64,000 bases of DNA from Candidatus Latescibacterota bacterium (GCA_963422735.1 OY730476.1:448001-512000); one strand, 5' to 3'. Counted from the stretch's first letter, positions 47,617 through 58,430 are shown. A program made the numbers and translations. The notes: a model not told the origin generated them from the sequence alone.

Positions 47617-47765
47617 TAGTGTAGTAGTGGTTAGTGGCCAGTGATTAGTGGTTAGCCCCCTAGAGGGCGTTGCGGGGCTGCACTAGCCACACTAGCCGCT
47701 GGCCACTGGCCACTGGCCACTAACCACTAACCACTAACCACTAACCACTAACCACTAACCACTAA
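47614..47765. repeat. Inverted heptamer element: TAGTGG(T/C) arm, GC core, CCACTGG/(CCACTAA)x7 arm, between convergent genes
   Basis: CCACTAA x7 at 47717-47765; the left arm TTAGTGG is its reverse complement. Confidence 0.9.
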
Positions 47766-48227
47766 GAGGCCATAGGCGCAGAGGAGGACGATGGCCGCGC
47801 CTAGCAGGAGGGCCGCGGATGCAGGAAGCGGCGCAGGCCAGCCGTTGACTTCCCGCTGATAGCGGCTGTACTCAGCCGCCAAGAGGCTGTAGCCGGAAAC
47901 AAGGGCGGCGATGAGGCCCGCGATGAAGCAGGTGATGACCGTGGCGTCGGCTGAGAAGGCGCGGGCGATGCTCGCAGTATATGCGCCGATGTTGATCAGC
48001 AGGCCGTACCTCTCCGTCAGCAGGCCGTAGAGGACGAGCCCCACGCAGAACGAGCCGACGACCAGCGCCGCAAAGATCGACAGCCAGTCGCGTGCAGCAG
48101 AGAGTGCTAAGAGGCACGTGCCAATGAACAAGTGGAGCCACATCGCGACATAAGCGTAGAAGAAGGGCGGGCGTTTAAACGGCGCGTGCCCCATTAGATA
48201 GTGGGAAAAAGTAGTGGACTTGGGCAT
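47748..48227 (-). CDS. Hypothetical integral membrane protein (159 aa)
   Basis: About five hydrophobic segments; its stop lies inside the heptamer array. Confidence 0.65.
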   Translation of the reverse strand: MPKSTTFSHYLMGHAPFKRPPFFYAYVAMWLHLFIGTCLLALSAARDWLSIFAALVVGSFCVGLVLYGLLTERYGLLINIGAYTASIARAFSADATVITCFIAGLIAALVSGYSLLAAEYSRYQREVNGWPAPLPASAALLLGAAIVLLCAYGLLVVSG

Positions 48228-48283
48228 GATAATATGCGGCCAAAGATAGGCTGCGGCCCGGGTGCGTCAACGCATGGCCAACC

Positions 48284-50287
48284 ATGGAAATCCTGTCCAT
48301 CCCCATTGAAAAAGTCAAAGGCGTAGGAGCCAAACGCTCGTCCGCGCTCAAAGATGTAGAGATTCTGACGCTGGGCGATTTGTTGTATTATCTGCCGCGC
48401 CGCTACCTCGATCGCACGCAGATTTTGCCCATGGCCCGGGCGCCAATCGGCCAAGAGGTGACTCTCATCGGCCAGGTGCGCCAGACGCGCTTCATGCCCG
48501 GGCCGCGTCCGCGCTTCGTGATGGTGGTCGCCGACGAGACCGACGATATCACCTGTACCTTTTTTCAGGGGGGGCGCTACTTGCAGCGCAACTTTGCCGT
48601 TGGCGACGAGCTGGCCATAAGCGGCAAGATCGATCTCTTCCAAGGACGGCGGCAGATGGTCCATCCCGAGTACGAATTCATCCACGGGGAGGAGCGGCTC
48701 CACACGGGCGTCGTCGTTCCACTTTATACGACTAGTGCCGATCTGAAGGAGCGCGGCCTGCGCAGCCGGGGATTCCGCCGCTTGGTAAGCGGAGCGCTGG
48801 ACGCCTTTGACGAGCGAATTGAAGACGACCTGCCCACGGCCTTGCGGCAGCGCTTGGGCCTTGAAAAGCTGGGCGCTAGTCTGCGCCAGGTGCATTTTCC
48901 CGTCAGCCTCGCCGAAGCGGCGCGCGCGCGTCAGCGCTTAGCTTTTGGCGAGCTTTTTGCCTTTCAACTGCGTTTGGCGCAGCGGCGCAAAAAAAACCGC
49001 GAGCAGGCCGACGGCATCGCCTTCGCGCCTAGCGAAAAACTGGTGCCGGCCCTATGGGATTCTCTGCCGTTTGCCCCGACGTACGCCCAGCGCCGGGTCG
49101 TCGCCGAGATCGCCGCGCAGATGCAGCGCCCCCAAGCTATGAATCGCCTCGTCCAAGGCGATGTCGGCTCGGGCAAGACCTTGGTGGGCCTGAGCGCGAT
49201 GCTGATGGCCGTGGAGAACGGTTACCAAGCGGCGATGATGGCCCCGACCGAGATCCTCGCCGAGCAGCACTTTTTCAACATCCAAGCACTCGTCGCTCCC
49301 CTCGGCCTGACTGCGGTCTTCCTCAGGGGTGCCCAGCGCAAGGCACTCCGGCAAGAGCTATTGACGGCCATTGAAAGCGGCGCGGCTCACATTGCGGTGG
49401 GCACCCACGCGCTGATTCAGGAGCAGGTGCAATTTGCCCGCTTGGGGCTAGCCGTCATCGACGAACAGCACCGCTTTGGAGTCGTGCAGCGCGGTGCGCT
49501 CTACAAAAAGGGCGCAAAGCCCGATTTGCTCGTGATGACAGCCACGCCCATCCCGCGCACCTTGGCCCTGACCCTGTACGGCGAGCTCGACGTGTCGGTT
49601 ATCGACGAGTTGCCCCCCGGGCGCAGGCCGATCCGCACGGCTCTGCGCGGCAGCGAGCGCCGCGAGGCGATCTTTGAGTTTGCCGGCGATCAGGTGCGCC
49701 AAGGGCGGCAAGTGTACGTGGTCTATCCGCTGATCGAAGAGTCGGAAAAGGCCGATTACAAATCCGCGGTCGAAGCCTACGACGAGTTGCGCCACGGCCC
49801 ATTGGCCGAATTCGCAGTGGCCTTGCTACACGGGCGCATGGCGGCCGAAGAAAAGGCCGCGGTCATGGAGGATTTTAAGCAAAACCGGATCCAAGTCTTA
49901 GTCTGTACCACGGTCGTCGAGGTCGGCGTGGATGTGCCCAACGCCACGGTGATGATCATCGAACACGCCGAGCGCTTCGGCTTGGCGCAATTGCACCAGT
50001 TGCGCGGTCGCGTGGGGCGCGGTGGGGAGCAGTCGTTTTGCATCCTCATCAGCTACGCACGCGCCGGGGCCGAGCTGGCGGATTCGCGCGAGAGGCTCCA
50101 GACCATGGAGCGCACTCAAGACGGATTTGAGATCGCGGAAAAGGATTTGCAACTGCGCGGTCCGGGCGAATTCTTCGGCGTGCGCCAAGCCGGGATGCCC
50201 GCATTTAAGGTGGCGAATTTGGTCACCGACGGGGACTTGCTGCAAAGCGCGCGCGAAGAAGCCATGCGGATTGTAACCAGCGAATAG
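48284..50287 (+). CDS. recG: ATP-dependent DNA helicase RecG
   Basis: QGDVGSGKT, MAPTEILAEQH, GTHAL, DEQHRFG, TATPIPRT, TTVVEVGVDVPNA, QLRGRVGRG, DLQLRGPGE. Confidence 0.97.
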   Translation: MEILSIPIEKVKGVGAKRSSALKDVEILTLGDLLYYLPRRYLDRTQILPMARAPIGQEVTLIGQVRQTRFMPGPRPRFVMVVADETDDITCTFFQGGRYLQRNFAVGDELAISGKIDLFQGRRQMVHPEYEFIHGEERLHTGVVVPLYTTSADLKERGLRSRGFRRLVSGALDAFDERIEDDLPTALRQRLGLEKLGASLRQVHFPVSLAEAARARQRLAFGELFAFQLRLAQRRKKNREQADGIAFAPSEKLVPALWDSLPFAPTYAQRRVVAEIAAQMQRPQAMNRLVQGDVGSGKTLVGLSAMLMAVENGYQAAMMAPTEILAEQHFFNIQALVAPLGLTAVFLRGAQRKALRQELLTAIESGAAHIAVGTHALIQEQVQFARLGLAVIDEQHRFGVVQRGALYKKGAKPDLLVMTATPIPRTLALTLYGELDVSVIDELPPGRRPIRTALRGSERREAIFEFAGDQVRQGRQVYVVYPLIEESEKADYKSAVEAYDELRHGPLAEFAVALLHGRMAAEEKAAVMEDFKQNRIQVLVCTTVVEVGVDVPNATVMIIEHAERFGLAQLHQLRGRVGRGGEQSFCILISYARAGAELADSRERLQTMERTQDGFEIAEKDLQLRGPGEFFGVRQAGMPAFKVANLVTDGDLLQSAREEAMRIVTSE

Positions 50288-50295
50288 GACGTGCC

Positions 50296-51426
50296 ATGAA
50301 AAACAAAAGCCTCATTCCGTCCGTGGATTTCGTCGGGCTCGACGCGGTAACCCATCTCTGCACCGGGGGCGAAGCTCCTTGGCTAAAAGGGCAGAGCACG
50401 GTGTACGCGGAATTCGCACAGTGCAAAAGCAGCGGCGACCGCGGTCGCCGTGCCATCTACGCTCGCGGCGCGCGCTGCCGCCAGCGCATGGGGCAGTTGT
50501 GGGGCGTTCCGGCCGAGCGGATCGCCTTTATGCCGTCGGCGGCCGAGGGCATGGCTTGGTTGGCGCGGGGTTTAGACTGGCGGCCGGGCGATAATGTGGT
50601 CACCACCAACTTGGAATTTCCCTCGGTGGCGTACAATTGGCGCAACGTGCGTCAGCAAGGGGTCGAGTTGCGGCTGGTGCCGCATCGCGACTGGTTGGTG
50701 CGGGAGGACGATCTGTTGGCGTCAGTCGATGAGCGCACTCGAGTCTTGGCCGTAAGCCAAGTCAGCTTCTACACCGGGCAAAACCTCGATGTCGAGCAGC
50801 TTGCGGTCGGGCTTGCCGGACGCGATGCGCTCTTGGCGGTTGATGCGACCCATGCCGCGGGCGCGGTCGCTGTGCCGGCGGCGTGTACCGACGTATGCGT
50901 CAGTTCGTGCTACAAGTGGCTTTTGGCGACCCACGGGGTTGCGCCGTGTTATCTGAGCGAGCGGGCCGAGGCGCAAGTGCGCTCTACGGCCTTTGGCTGG
51001 CGCAATTTGGCGGTGTGGCCGGCCCAAGGAGCTGAGCGCGCGCCGGATGCTGACGAAAAGCCGATGCCCGATAAAATGGAGCCGGGCAATCCGGCCATGG
51101 TGGCAGTGCTCTACCTCGACTACGCCTTGGGGCGGCTGTTGGACGTGGGAATAGAGCGGATAGCGGAGCACAATCGCGACTTGTCCGAACAAATCAGTGC
51201 CGGGCTAGAGCACCTTGGGCGGCAGGTCATTTCGCCGAGTGCGCGGCCGCAGCGCTCGGGCAATACCTGTTTTGCGGACGACGACGCGCACCGGCTGTGC
51301 GAGGCCCTCGCCGATCAGGGGGTGTTGGTGTGGGGGGAATACGGGCGGGTGCGGGTCTCGGGGCATTTGTACAACAATAGTGACGATGTCGAGCGTTTTT
51401 TGGCGATCTTGGGCGAGTTGGTGTAG
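50296..51426 (+). CDS. Class V PLP-dependent aminotransferase (cysteine desulfurase/kynureninase-like)
   Basis: EFPS, VSFYTG, VDATHAAG, SSCYKWLL, RVSGHLYN. Confidence 0.85.
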   Translation: MKNKSLIPSVDFVGLDAVTHLCTGGEAPWLKGQSTVYAEFAQCKSSGDRGRRAIYARGARCRQRMGQLWGVPAERIAFMPSAAEGMAWLARGLDWRPGDNVVTTNLEFPSVAYNWRNVRQQGVELRLVPHRDWLVREDDLLASVDERTRVLAVSQVSFYTGQNLDVEQLAVGLAGRDALLAVDATHAAGAVAVPAACTDVCVSSCYKWLLATHGVAPCYLSERAEAQVRSTAFGWRNLAVWPAQGAERAPDADEKPMPDKMEPGNPAMVAVLYLDYALGRLLDVGIERIAEHNRDLSEQISAGLEHLGRQVISPSARPQRSGNTCFADDDAHRLCEALADQGVLVWGEYGRVRVSGHLYNNSDDVERFLAILGELV

Positions 51427-51453
51427 GGAGGTGAGGCATAGGATGAGGAGAAC

Positions 51454-51531
51454 ATGATTTGCAAAGAACTCATTGAAGTCGCTCTGCTGCTCGGTATTAA
51501 CTCGGTGGTGTGGGCATCAAAAGCAAGGTAG
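51454..51531 (+). pseudogene. Possible DUF1156 (DNA methylase-associated) N-terminal remnant
   Basis: GAGGAG SD + MICKELIEVALLLGIN, resembling KKLIEVALPL..IN. Confidence 0.35.
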
Positions 51532-51545
51532 AGGAGTAAACCGAG

Positions 51546-52964
51546 ATGGATGGAGTGAGTATTGCACTGGTGATTGTCGCCTTCTTGGTGCTAATCGCGC
51601 TATTGATCGCCGTTAGCGCGTTGCGATCGAACGCGACAGCTAATCGAGAAAAGGTAGAACTTGCCGCAGTCAACGCTCGACTGGAGAGCGACCTGAAAAA
51701 CTTAGAGGCGCAAGCCGAAGCCGCACGGCAAGAAGCTGGCGAGGTTGACCAACTGCGAATCGCCAACGCGCAGTTGTCCCAGCGTCTGGAGACCGAGTCG
51801 GAATTGCTGACGAAGACGACGCGGGCCAAAGAAGCCGTTGATCAGCAGCTAACGGAATTGCAGGATCAGTTCCAATCGTTGAATGCTGAAAAGGCTGGGC
51901 TAGAAAGTGATCTGAAGAATGCACGCGCGAAGGCGGAGGAACAGGCCGAGTGGGTGAAACGCTCAACAGCCGAGTTTAAGGCAATGTCGTCAGAGGTCTT
52001 GGCCGAGCAGCGGAAGTCATTTATGGACACGGCGAAAGAGACGCTTGAAGAGCGTGAAAAGGCAGTAGAGCAAATGGTAAAGCCATTGGCGGAAAAGATC
52101 GACACTTTGGACAAGTCGCGAGTGGAAAGTATGGCTTCCCTGAAGGAACAGATCGAGTTGCTAGTACGGTCTAACGGCCAAGTGGCGAACGAGGCGCGTA
52201 GTCTATCGTCGGCACTATCGAAGCCACAGGTGCGTGGGGCATGGGGAGAAATGCAAGTCGAGCGCGTACTCGAACTCGCCGGGCTGCAGAAAGGCATCCA
52301 CTACACGACGCAGGATGGCGACCAAAAAGGTGGTCGTACGGACTTCATCGTACATCTGCCGCACGACCGGGACATCATCCTCGACTCAAAGGTCGTGCTG
52401 TCGGCATTGCAAGAAGCAGGTGAAGCGAACGCAGACGATGTGCATGAGGAGAAACTGAAGCGTCACGCCGTACAGATGCGGTCGTATGCGGAGAATCTGG
52501 GATCCAAGGAGTATTGGAGCAATCTGCCTAAGACGGCCGACTTCGTGGTAATGGTCGTGCCGGAGTTCGCACTGGCACCAGCAGTCGAGCGCGAACCGGC
52601 ACTGATCGAACGAGCCCTTGAGAGGAAGGTCGTGATAGCGACGTACTCGACATTGGTGGCGTTGCTGAAGTGCGTAGCGATGGGGTGGCAGGAGCGGAAT
52701 ATCACGGAAAAGGCGCATGAAATCGGATAGCTGGGTAAGGACCTACACAATCGTTTGGCGACATTTGCCAAGCACCTCGCATCAGTTGGACAGGCACTGG
52801 ACGCGGCAGTATCTCGTTACAATGACAGCGTAGGTTCGTTCGATGGGCGGCTGTTGCCTCAGGCGCGTCGGTTCTTGGAACTCGACGTCGGCACGACACG
52901 TGAGATTCCTACCTTGAATCAGATTGACCAGAACTCGCGGCGTTTGCAAAGTGCCGAAGCTTGA
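51546..52964 (+). pseudogene. rmuC: RmuC-family DNA recombination protein interrupted by an in-frame TAG at 52728-52730
   Basis: RGAWGEMQVERVLE.AG, D..V.LP, DSK, K.YW, DFVVM; the frame continues LGKDLHNRL...YNDSVGS...L.QARRF to TGA 52964. Confidence 0.88.
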
Positions 52965-53146
52965 TGAGCGGTAGCTGGCTAGCTAGCTATGGCCCATTAT
53001 CAATTAAAAGCGCGTATAGGGGCTTGGGCTCTTCATCCGGTGGAGGTGAGTACCGGTGATGACGAGGCCGCCCACTACGATGGTTATGGCCTAATCCGGC
53101 CCGCAATTACCCGTCAAGGTGTATTACCTAAGTAAGGTTTACCTTA

Positions 53147-53580
53147 ATGAGTACATTTTGGAATTGGCCCGGCTCCCGTTGGTGGCGTGCGGCAGTGGAA
53201 GCCAGCGAAAACAAATTCCGGAAAGTATCCTCCCAGCTTGTCGAAGAAGGCATTTCCGATCCGAACGAGTACGGAGACCTATTGGAACAAGCGGCTAAGC
53301 TCGAGCAAGAAATCGAAACTCTAAAAAAAGAGCAAGAGCGGACGAAGAAACTGGAAGACGAGGCCACCAAAACTCTCGCCGAATACCGCGAGCTACGCAG
53401 TGAGTTGAGTGACAAACGCCGAAGTTTCGCGGAGAAGGCGTCAGACGAGAGCATCCGCGTTGAAATAGACGAACACGCAAACTGCAAGAATCTCGCGGAA
53501 GATTTGACCGGGATTCTTGGCCTTGAGCGCTTTGAGGGTGACCGTCAGGAACTCGCCCGGAGAATTCAGCCTAAACAGGC
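53147..53580 (+). pseudogene. Internal coiled-coil fragment of an SMC-like / TrlF-type AAA ATPase
   Basis: LVEEGISDPNEYGDLL...coiled coil...ELSDKRRSF; no Walker motifs; splices into the AlbA gene. Confidence 0.45.
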
Positions 53581-54666
53581 TCACCGCACCTAAGCGCGAC
53601 GAATTTGCCGACGAGTTGGCCAGCATGGCTAATGGTCGGGGAGGGACGGTTTTGCTGGGGGTTGAAGGCGAGAGCCGCGAAATCCTGGGCATCCCAGTTG
53701 ATCGGTTAGACGCGGTCGGAGCGTGGGTGAGGGAAATCTGCAACGACTCTGTGGATCCTCCACTCGACGCGGAGATCCGAAAGATCGAACTTTCTAGCGC
53801 AGACGGCAGTCTCGTTGCCGTAATTTGCGTCGAAACCGTCCGCAGTCTGTTTGTCCACAAGAGTCCAAGCGGCTATTTCCGCAGGATCGGCAGTTCAAAG
53901 CGCGAGATGTCGCCTGAGTTGCTCGCCCGGCTGTTCCAAGAGCGCAGCCAGAGCCGCGTAATTCGGTTCGACGAGTCGCCGGTGCCTGGGACCTCACCGG
54001 AAAATCTGGATGATGGATTGACTCGCCGATTCTTACGGGAGGATGGTGTTTTGACCGAGGACGATCTGCGTAAACTTAGGATCGTCGCCAACGACGAAGA
54101 CGACATCGCACGGATCACAGTCGCCGGTATGCTGTTATGTACTCGCGATCCGGGACAGTGGATGCCACATGCACAGATTCAGGCGGTGAGCTATGTGGGC
54201 GAGCGACAGGACATCAATTATCAAAGCGATGCTCGCGACTTTGGTGGGCCGCTTGATGATCAGGTTATTGAGGCGTTGCACTTCGTGCGCAGGAATATGC
54301 GTGCGGTTTTTGAGGCACTCGTCAACGCGGTCGCCCACAGAGATTACTCAATGGTGGGGGCGAGGATACGTCTGCACATGTTCGGGAACCGTCTCGAATT
54401 CTATGTACCAGGAGCACTGGCGAATACGCTCACACCAGACAGTATGGATTTGCGGCAATACAGCCGAAACGAGTTGATCGTTTCGCTGCTGGCGCGTTGC
54501 CCTGTTTGGGAGAGCGAGGAATTGGGGCGGACGCGTATATATGGATCGAAGAGGGGATGGAGTGCCGATCATTCTAAACGAGAGCCGTGCATTCTCGGGC
54601 CGTCTCCCCGAGTACAGCCTGATTGGCGACAGCGAGTTGCGGTTGGTGATTTGGGCGGCGTCATAG
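53580..54666 (+). pseudogene. AlbA/Schlafen-domain + HATPase (RecG-like C-terminal) protein, 5'-truncated, internally deleted and frameshifted
   Basis: ADELASMANGRGGTVLLGV, YFRRIGSSKREM, AVFEALVNAVAHRDYS, SRNELI; the C-terminus MDRRGDGVPII...SELRLVIWAAS* is in a shifted frame ending at 54666. Confidence 0.8.
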
Positions 54667-54671
54667 CCCAA

Positions 54672-56024
54672 TCAATCGCCAAAAAACTCTCCGTAGAGCG
54701 AGCGCACGGCCGCGGGAATGTCTCCGGCCTTGATGCCGAACATCATGCTGACCTCGCTCGACCCCTGATTGATCATCTCTAGGTTGACGCGGGCGCGGGC
54801 AAAGGCACTGCAGGCGCGGCCTGCCAAGCCAATGGTGTGGTGCATGCCCTCGCCGACGATCATTGCCAAGGCGAGGCCGCGGGCGACCGACAGTTCATCT
54901 ACTTCTAGCTCGGTGCGAATCCGGCGTAGGACCCGCTCTTCGGCCGCGCGGTTGAAATACGACTCGCGCACGATCACCGACATGTTGTCAATGCCCGAAG
55001 GAGTGTGCTCAAAGGGGATTCCCTCGTCCTCAAAAATGGCCAGCAAGCGGCGGCCAAAGCCCACTTCTCGGTTCATCAGGTACTTACTGATGTACACGCT
55101 GCAAAACCCGTCGGTGGCGGCGATGCCGACGACTGGGTGATCGCCGACCGTGCGCTGGGGGACGATGCGGGTGCCGGGTGCCTGAGGGTTATTGGTGTTT
55201 TTGACGACGACCGGAATCCCAGCGTGGAACACGGGTTCGAGGGCTTCGTCGTGAAATACGGAAAACCCCGCGTAGGACAGCTCGCGCATCTCTCGGTAGG
55301 TAATCTCGGAGACAGCGACCGGGTCGGCCACGAGCGCGGGATTGGCCGCAAAGACCGAGTCCACGTCCGTGAAGTTTTCGTACACGGTCGCATCGACGGC
55401 CGCGGCGAGGATCGCGCCGGTTATGTCCGAGCCACCGCGCGAGAAGGTAACGACGCGGCCCGCGGACGAATAGCCGAAAAAACCGGGGAAAATGGTGAGG
55501 CCCGGGCGGTCCTTTAGCTGGCGCAGCTTGCCGTAGGACGCCTGCAAGACGCGGGCGTTGCCCGGCTCTTCCGAGAGGATGAGGCCGCCCGCGCCCGGGT
55601 CGAGATAGTGGGCTTCGGCTCCGCTATGGCGCAGGTATTCGGCAACTAGGCGGGCGCAGTTGTCCTCGCCGCCGGCCTTCATAGCGTCCGCGTAGAGCGC
55701 TTCGTCGCTCGTGCTCATGGCCAGCCGCCGCTCAAAGTCGGCGACAATGGGCGCGAGTGCGGTGTTCGGCAAACCAAGGTCGCCAACGATAGCGGCATAG
55801 CGATCGATGACGCGCGCGAGTGCGATGCACCCGTCTTGGTTGGTTAGCTGGGCGCGGACCACCTCGATGAGGAGATCGGTGACCTTGGTGTCCTCCCGGT
55901 TGCGCTTTCCCGGGGCCGAGACCACGACGAGCCGGCGTTCTGGATCGGCGGTGACAATGGCGCATATTTTCTCTATTTGCTCGGCTGACGCGAGGGACGA
56001 GCCGCCGAATTTAGCTACTTTCAT
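54672..56024 (-). CDS. lysC: Aspartate kinase (Bacillus AKIII/YclM-like, two ACT domains)
   Basis: KVAKFGGSSLA, VVSAPGKR, TFSRGGSDITGA, ENFTDVD, EMRELSYAGFSVFH, MINQGSSE. Confidence 0.93.
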   Translation of the reverse strand: MKVAKFGGSSLASAEQIEKICAIVTADPERRLVVVSAPGKRNREDTKVTDLLIEVVRAQLTNQDGCIALARVIDRYAAIVGDLGLPNTALAPIVADFERRLAMSTSDEALYADAMKAGGEDNCARLVAEYLRHSGAEAHYLDPGAGGLILSEEPGNARVLQASYGKLRQLKDRPGLTIFPGFFGYSSAGRVVTFSRGGSDITGAILAAAVDATVYENFTDVDSVFAANPALVADPVAVSEITYREMRELSYAGFSVFHDEALEPVFHAGIPVVVKNTNNPQAPGTRIVPQRTVGDHPVVGIAATDGFCSVYISKYLMNREVGFGRRLLAIFEDEGIPFEHTPSGIDNMSVIVRESYFNRAAEERVLRRIRTELEVDELSVARGLALAMIVGEGMHHTIGLAGRACSAFARARVNLEMINQGSSEVSMMFGIKAGDIPAAVRSLYGEFFGD

Positions 56025-56193
56025 TGCGTTCCTTTGCGAATACAGGTTCGCCTCACAAAAAATGCATGGATTGCCGTTTTTACAAATTTGTCTTGAGGGA
56101 GCTTTATGATTATCTTAATAAGTTTATCACGGGACTGAATGATTTTTAAGATTCCGCCGCGCCAGCGGCCCCTATCCCACGCGAAGGTCCACA

Positions 56194-57165
56194 ATGAAAG
56201 CAGTGCGTTTCCACCAGTGCGGAGGTCCTGAGGTCCTCACCTATGAGGACGTACCCGCGCCCACTCCTAAGCCGGGCGAGGCCGTAGTCGAAATTAAAGC
56301 TATCGGTTTAAATTATATCGACACCTATCACCGCGAAGGGCTGTACCCAGTCGAGCTGCCTTGCATCCCCGGCATGGAAGCCGCCGGAATCGTCGCTCGC
56401 GTCGGCGAGGGCGTGGAGGGTGTGCAAGTGGGCGATCGCGTGGCCTATGCCGGGTCGATGGGGTCGTATGCCGCAGAAGCTGCCGTGCCCGCCGATCGCT
56501 TGGTCCCTTTGCCTGCCGCAGCGTCCTATCAAGTGGGGGCCGCTGCTTTGCTACAAGGCATGACGGCGCATTACCTAGCCCATGGGTCTTATCGGCTGGG
56601 CCGCGAAGACACCGCTTTGATCCACGCCGGGGCCGGCGGCGTGGGCCTGCTCTTGATTCAGATGGCCAAGCGGTGCGGTGCGCGGGTGTTTTGCACGGTC
56701 TCGACCGATGAAAAGGAACAATTGGCGCGGGGGGCTGGGGCCGATGAGGTCATCCGCTATACCGAGCGAGACTTTGAACAAGACGTCATGGCACTCACCG
56801 AAGGGCGCGGGGTCAATGTAGTGTACGATTCCGTGGGTAAGGCGACCTTTGACAAGAGCTTAAACGCGCTCAGGCCCTTGGGCTACTTGGTGTTGTTTGG
56901 TCAGTCGAGCGGCCCGGTCCCGCCCTTTGACCCCGGCATCCTCAGCACCAGGGGTTCGCTCTTTTTAACTCGGCCGACCATGCTGCACTACATCCAGACC
57001 CGCGAGGACCTATTAGAACGCGCCGGTGCGGTGCTGGAATGGATCGCCAGCGGCGAGTTGGCGCTACGCATCAGTGCTCAGGTCGCCTTGTCGGACGCGG
57101 CTGAAGCCCACCGCGCCTTGCAGGGGCGCAAGACGACTGGCAAGGTCGTCCTCATACCGAATTGA
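56194..57165 (+). CDS. qor: NADPH:quinone oxidoreductase (zeta-crystallin/MDR)
   Basis: GLNYIDTY.R.G.Y, PGMEAAG, LQGMTAHYL, HAGAGGVG, YDSVG, GSLFLTRP, RKTTGKVVL. Confidence 0.92.
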   Translation: MKAVRFHQCGGPEVLTYEDVPAPTPKPGEAVVEIKAIGLNYIDTYHREGLYPVELPCIPGMEAAGIVARVGEGVEGVQVGDRVAYAGSMGSYAAEAAVPADRLVPLPAAASYQVGAAALLQGMTAHYLAHGSYRLGREDTALIHAGAGGVGLLLIQMAKRCGARVFCTVSTDEKEQLARGAGADEVIRYTERDFEQDVMALTEGRGVNVVYDSVGKATFDKSLNALRPLGYLVLFGQSSGPVPPFDPGILSTRGSLFLTRPTMLHYIQTREDLLERAGAVLEWIASGELALRISAQVALSDAAEAHRALQGRKTTGKVVLIPN

Positions 57166-57185
57166 AGTAGCCAAAGAGGTAGGCG

Positions 57186-58430
57186 ATGGCAGAGGCAGAT
57201 TCAAAGGACGAACTAACCCCGGCCCCCGACTCCGATGCACAAGGCGCGGATTTTGCCCAGATGCTCGACTCCAAAGGGGCACCACCGGCTCCGACCACCA
57301 ATGCGGTCGCAGTCGGCGACGAGGTCAGCGGCGTGATCGCCAAGGTCGAAGACGAGAACAGCTTTGTGGAGTACGGCAGTCGGGATGAGGCCATAATCCG
57401 CACCAGCGAGCTCAAAGGCCCCGATGGGGAAATGCGCTATAAGGTCGGCGACCCAATCGCGGCGTTTGTCGTGGCTGTTGGGGACGAGGTCCAGATCAGT
57501 CGCGGGTTGAGTCGCCAAGACACCCAAGCCGACTTGCTCTACCAAGCGTACAAGGCCGGGCTGCCGGTCGAGGGCCGGGTTGATGCGGTCAACAAGGGGG
57601 GATTGGGCGTGACCATCGAGGGCGATGTGCGCGGTTTTTGCCCGATTTCGCACGTTGATACCCAGTACGTGGAAAACGCCGAAGAGTACCGCGGCCAGAC
57701 CTTGACCTTTAAGATTATAGAGTTCCGCCACCAGGGCCGCGTTATCGTCCTGTCGCGCCGGGCCTTGCTCGAAGCTAAGCAAGACAAGGCCGCCGGCTTG
57801 GTGCGCAGCCAGCTAAAGAAGGGAGCACAACTAGCGGGTAAGGTGACGCGGCTGGAGTCTTTTGGGGCGTTCGTCGATTTAGGTTCCGGGGTGGAGGGCT
57901 TGGTCCACGTCTCGGAAATCAGCCATCGGCGCGTCGGCCATCCCAAGGAGGTCCTCGCGGCGGGACAGCAAGTCCAAGTCGAGGTCTTGCGCACCAAGGA
58001 CTTGGGCAAGCGGCGTAAGGAGCGGATATCGCTTTCGATCAAAGTGCTGGAAAAAGATCCTTGGGAAGAGATAAAAGAGCAGCTTGCAGTCGGCACGGTC
58101 GTCGCGGGTAAGGTCGATGGGCTGGAGGATTTTGGCGCATTCGTCGAGCTGGCCGGAGGCGTACGCGGGCTGGTGCATGTCTCTGAGATCGCCGACCGCC
58201 GCATCAGCCACCCGCGCGAGGTCCTCTCGCCCGGGGAAGAGGTTAAGGTGGTGGTGCTCGAAGTGGATGTCCGCCGTCAGCGCTTGCGCCTGTCGATCAA
58301 CCAAGTCGATACCCTCGAATCCAAGGCCCATCTCGCCGAGTTCCGCCAGCGGCAGCAGCAGGAGCAAGAAGCGGAGCAGGGCAGCAGCACCATGCTCGAT
58401 GCGCTCCGGCGCGCCAATCTTACCGATTGA
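57186..58430 (+). CDS. Ribosomal protein S1-like RNA-binding protein (4 S1 domains)
   Basis: Repeated FGAFV.L..GV.GLVHVSEI motifs; GFCPISHVD; shorter than six-domain RpsA. Confidence 0.85.
   Translation: MAEADSKDELTPAPDSDAQGADFAQMLDSKGAPPAPTTNAVAVGDEVSGVIAKVEDENSFVEYGSRDEAIIRTSELKGPDGEMRYKVGDPIAAFVVAVGDEVQISRGLSRQDTQADLLYQAYKAGLPVEGRVDAVNKGGLGVTIEGDVRGFCPISHVDTQYVENAEEYRGQTLTFKIIEFRHQGRVIVLSRRALLEAKQDKAAGLVRSQLKKGAQLAGKVTRLESFGAFVDLGSGVEGLVHVSEISHRRVGHPKEVLAAGQQVQVEVLRTKDLGKRRKERISLSIKVLEKDPWEEIKEQLAVGTVVAGKVDGLEDFGAFVELAGGVRGLVHVSEIADRRISHPREVLSPGEEVKVVVLEVDVRRQRLRLSINQVDTLESKAHLAEFRQRQQQEQEAEQGSSTMLDALRRANLTD

Noticed and set aside
52728-52730. Pyrrolysine or amber reassignment in rmuC (and at 43210 in the HAD gene)
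   Set aside because: TAG terminates many intact genes here (e.g. hom, recG, mraY), the positions are not catalytic, and the neighbours are decayed; simple nonsense mutations are more likely.
53517-54782. 421-aa ORF as an intact gene overlapping the aspartate kinase
   Set aside because: Both its start and its tail come from lesions; the homologous frame ends at 54666.
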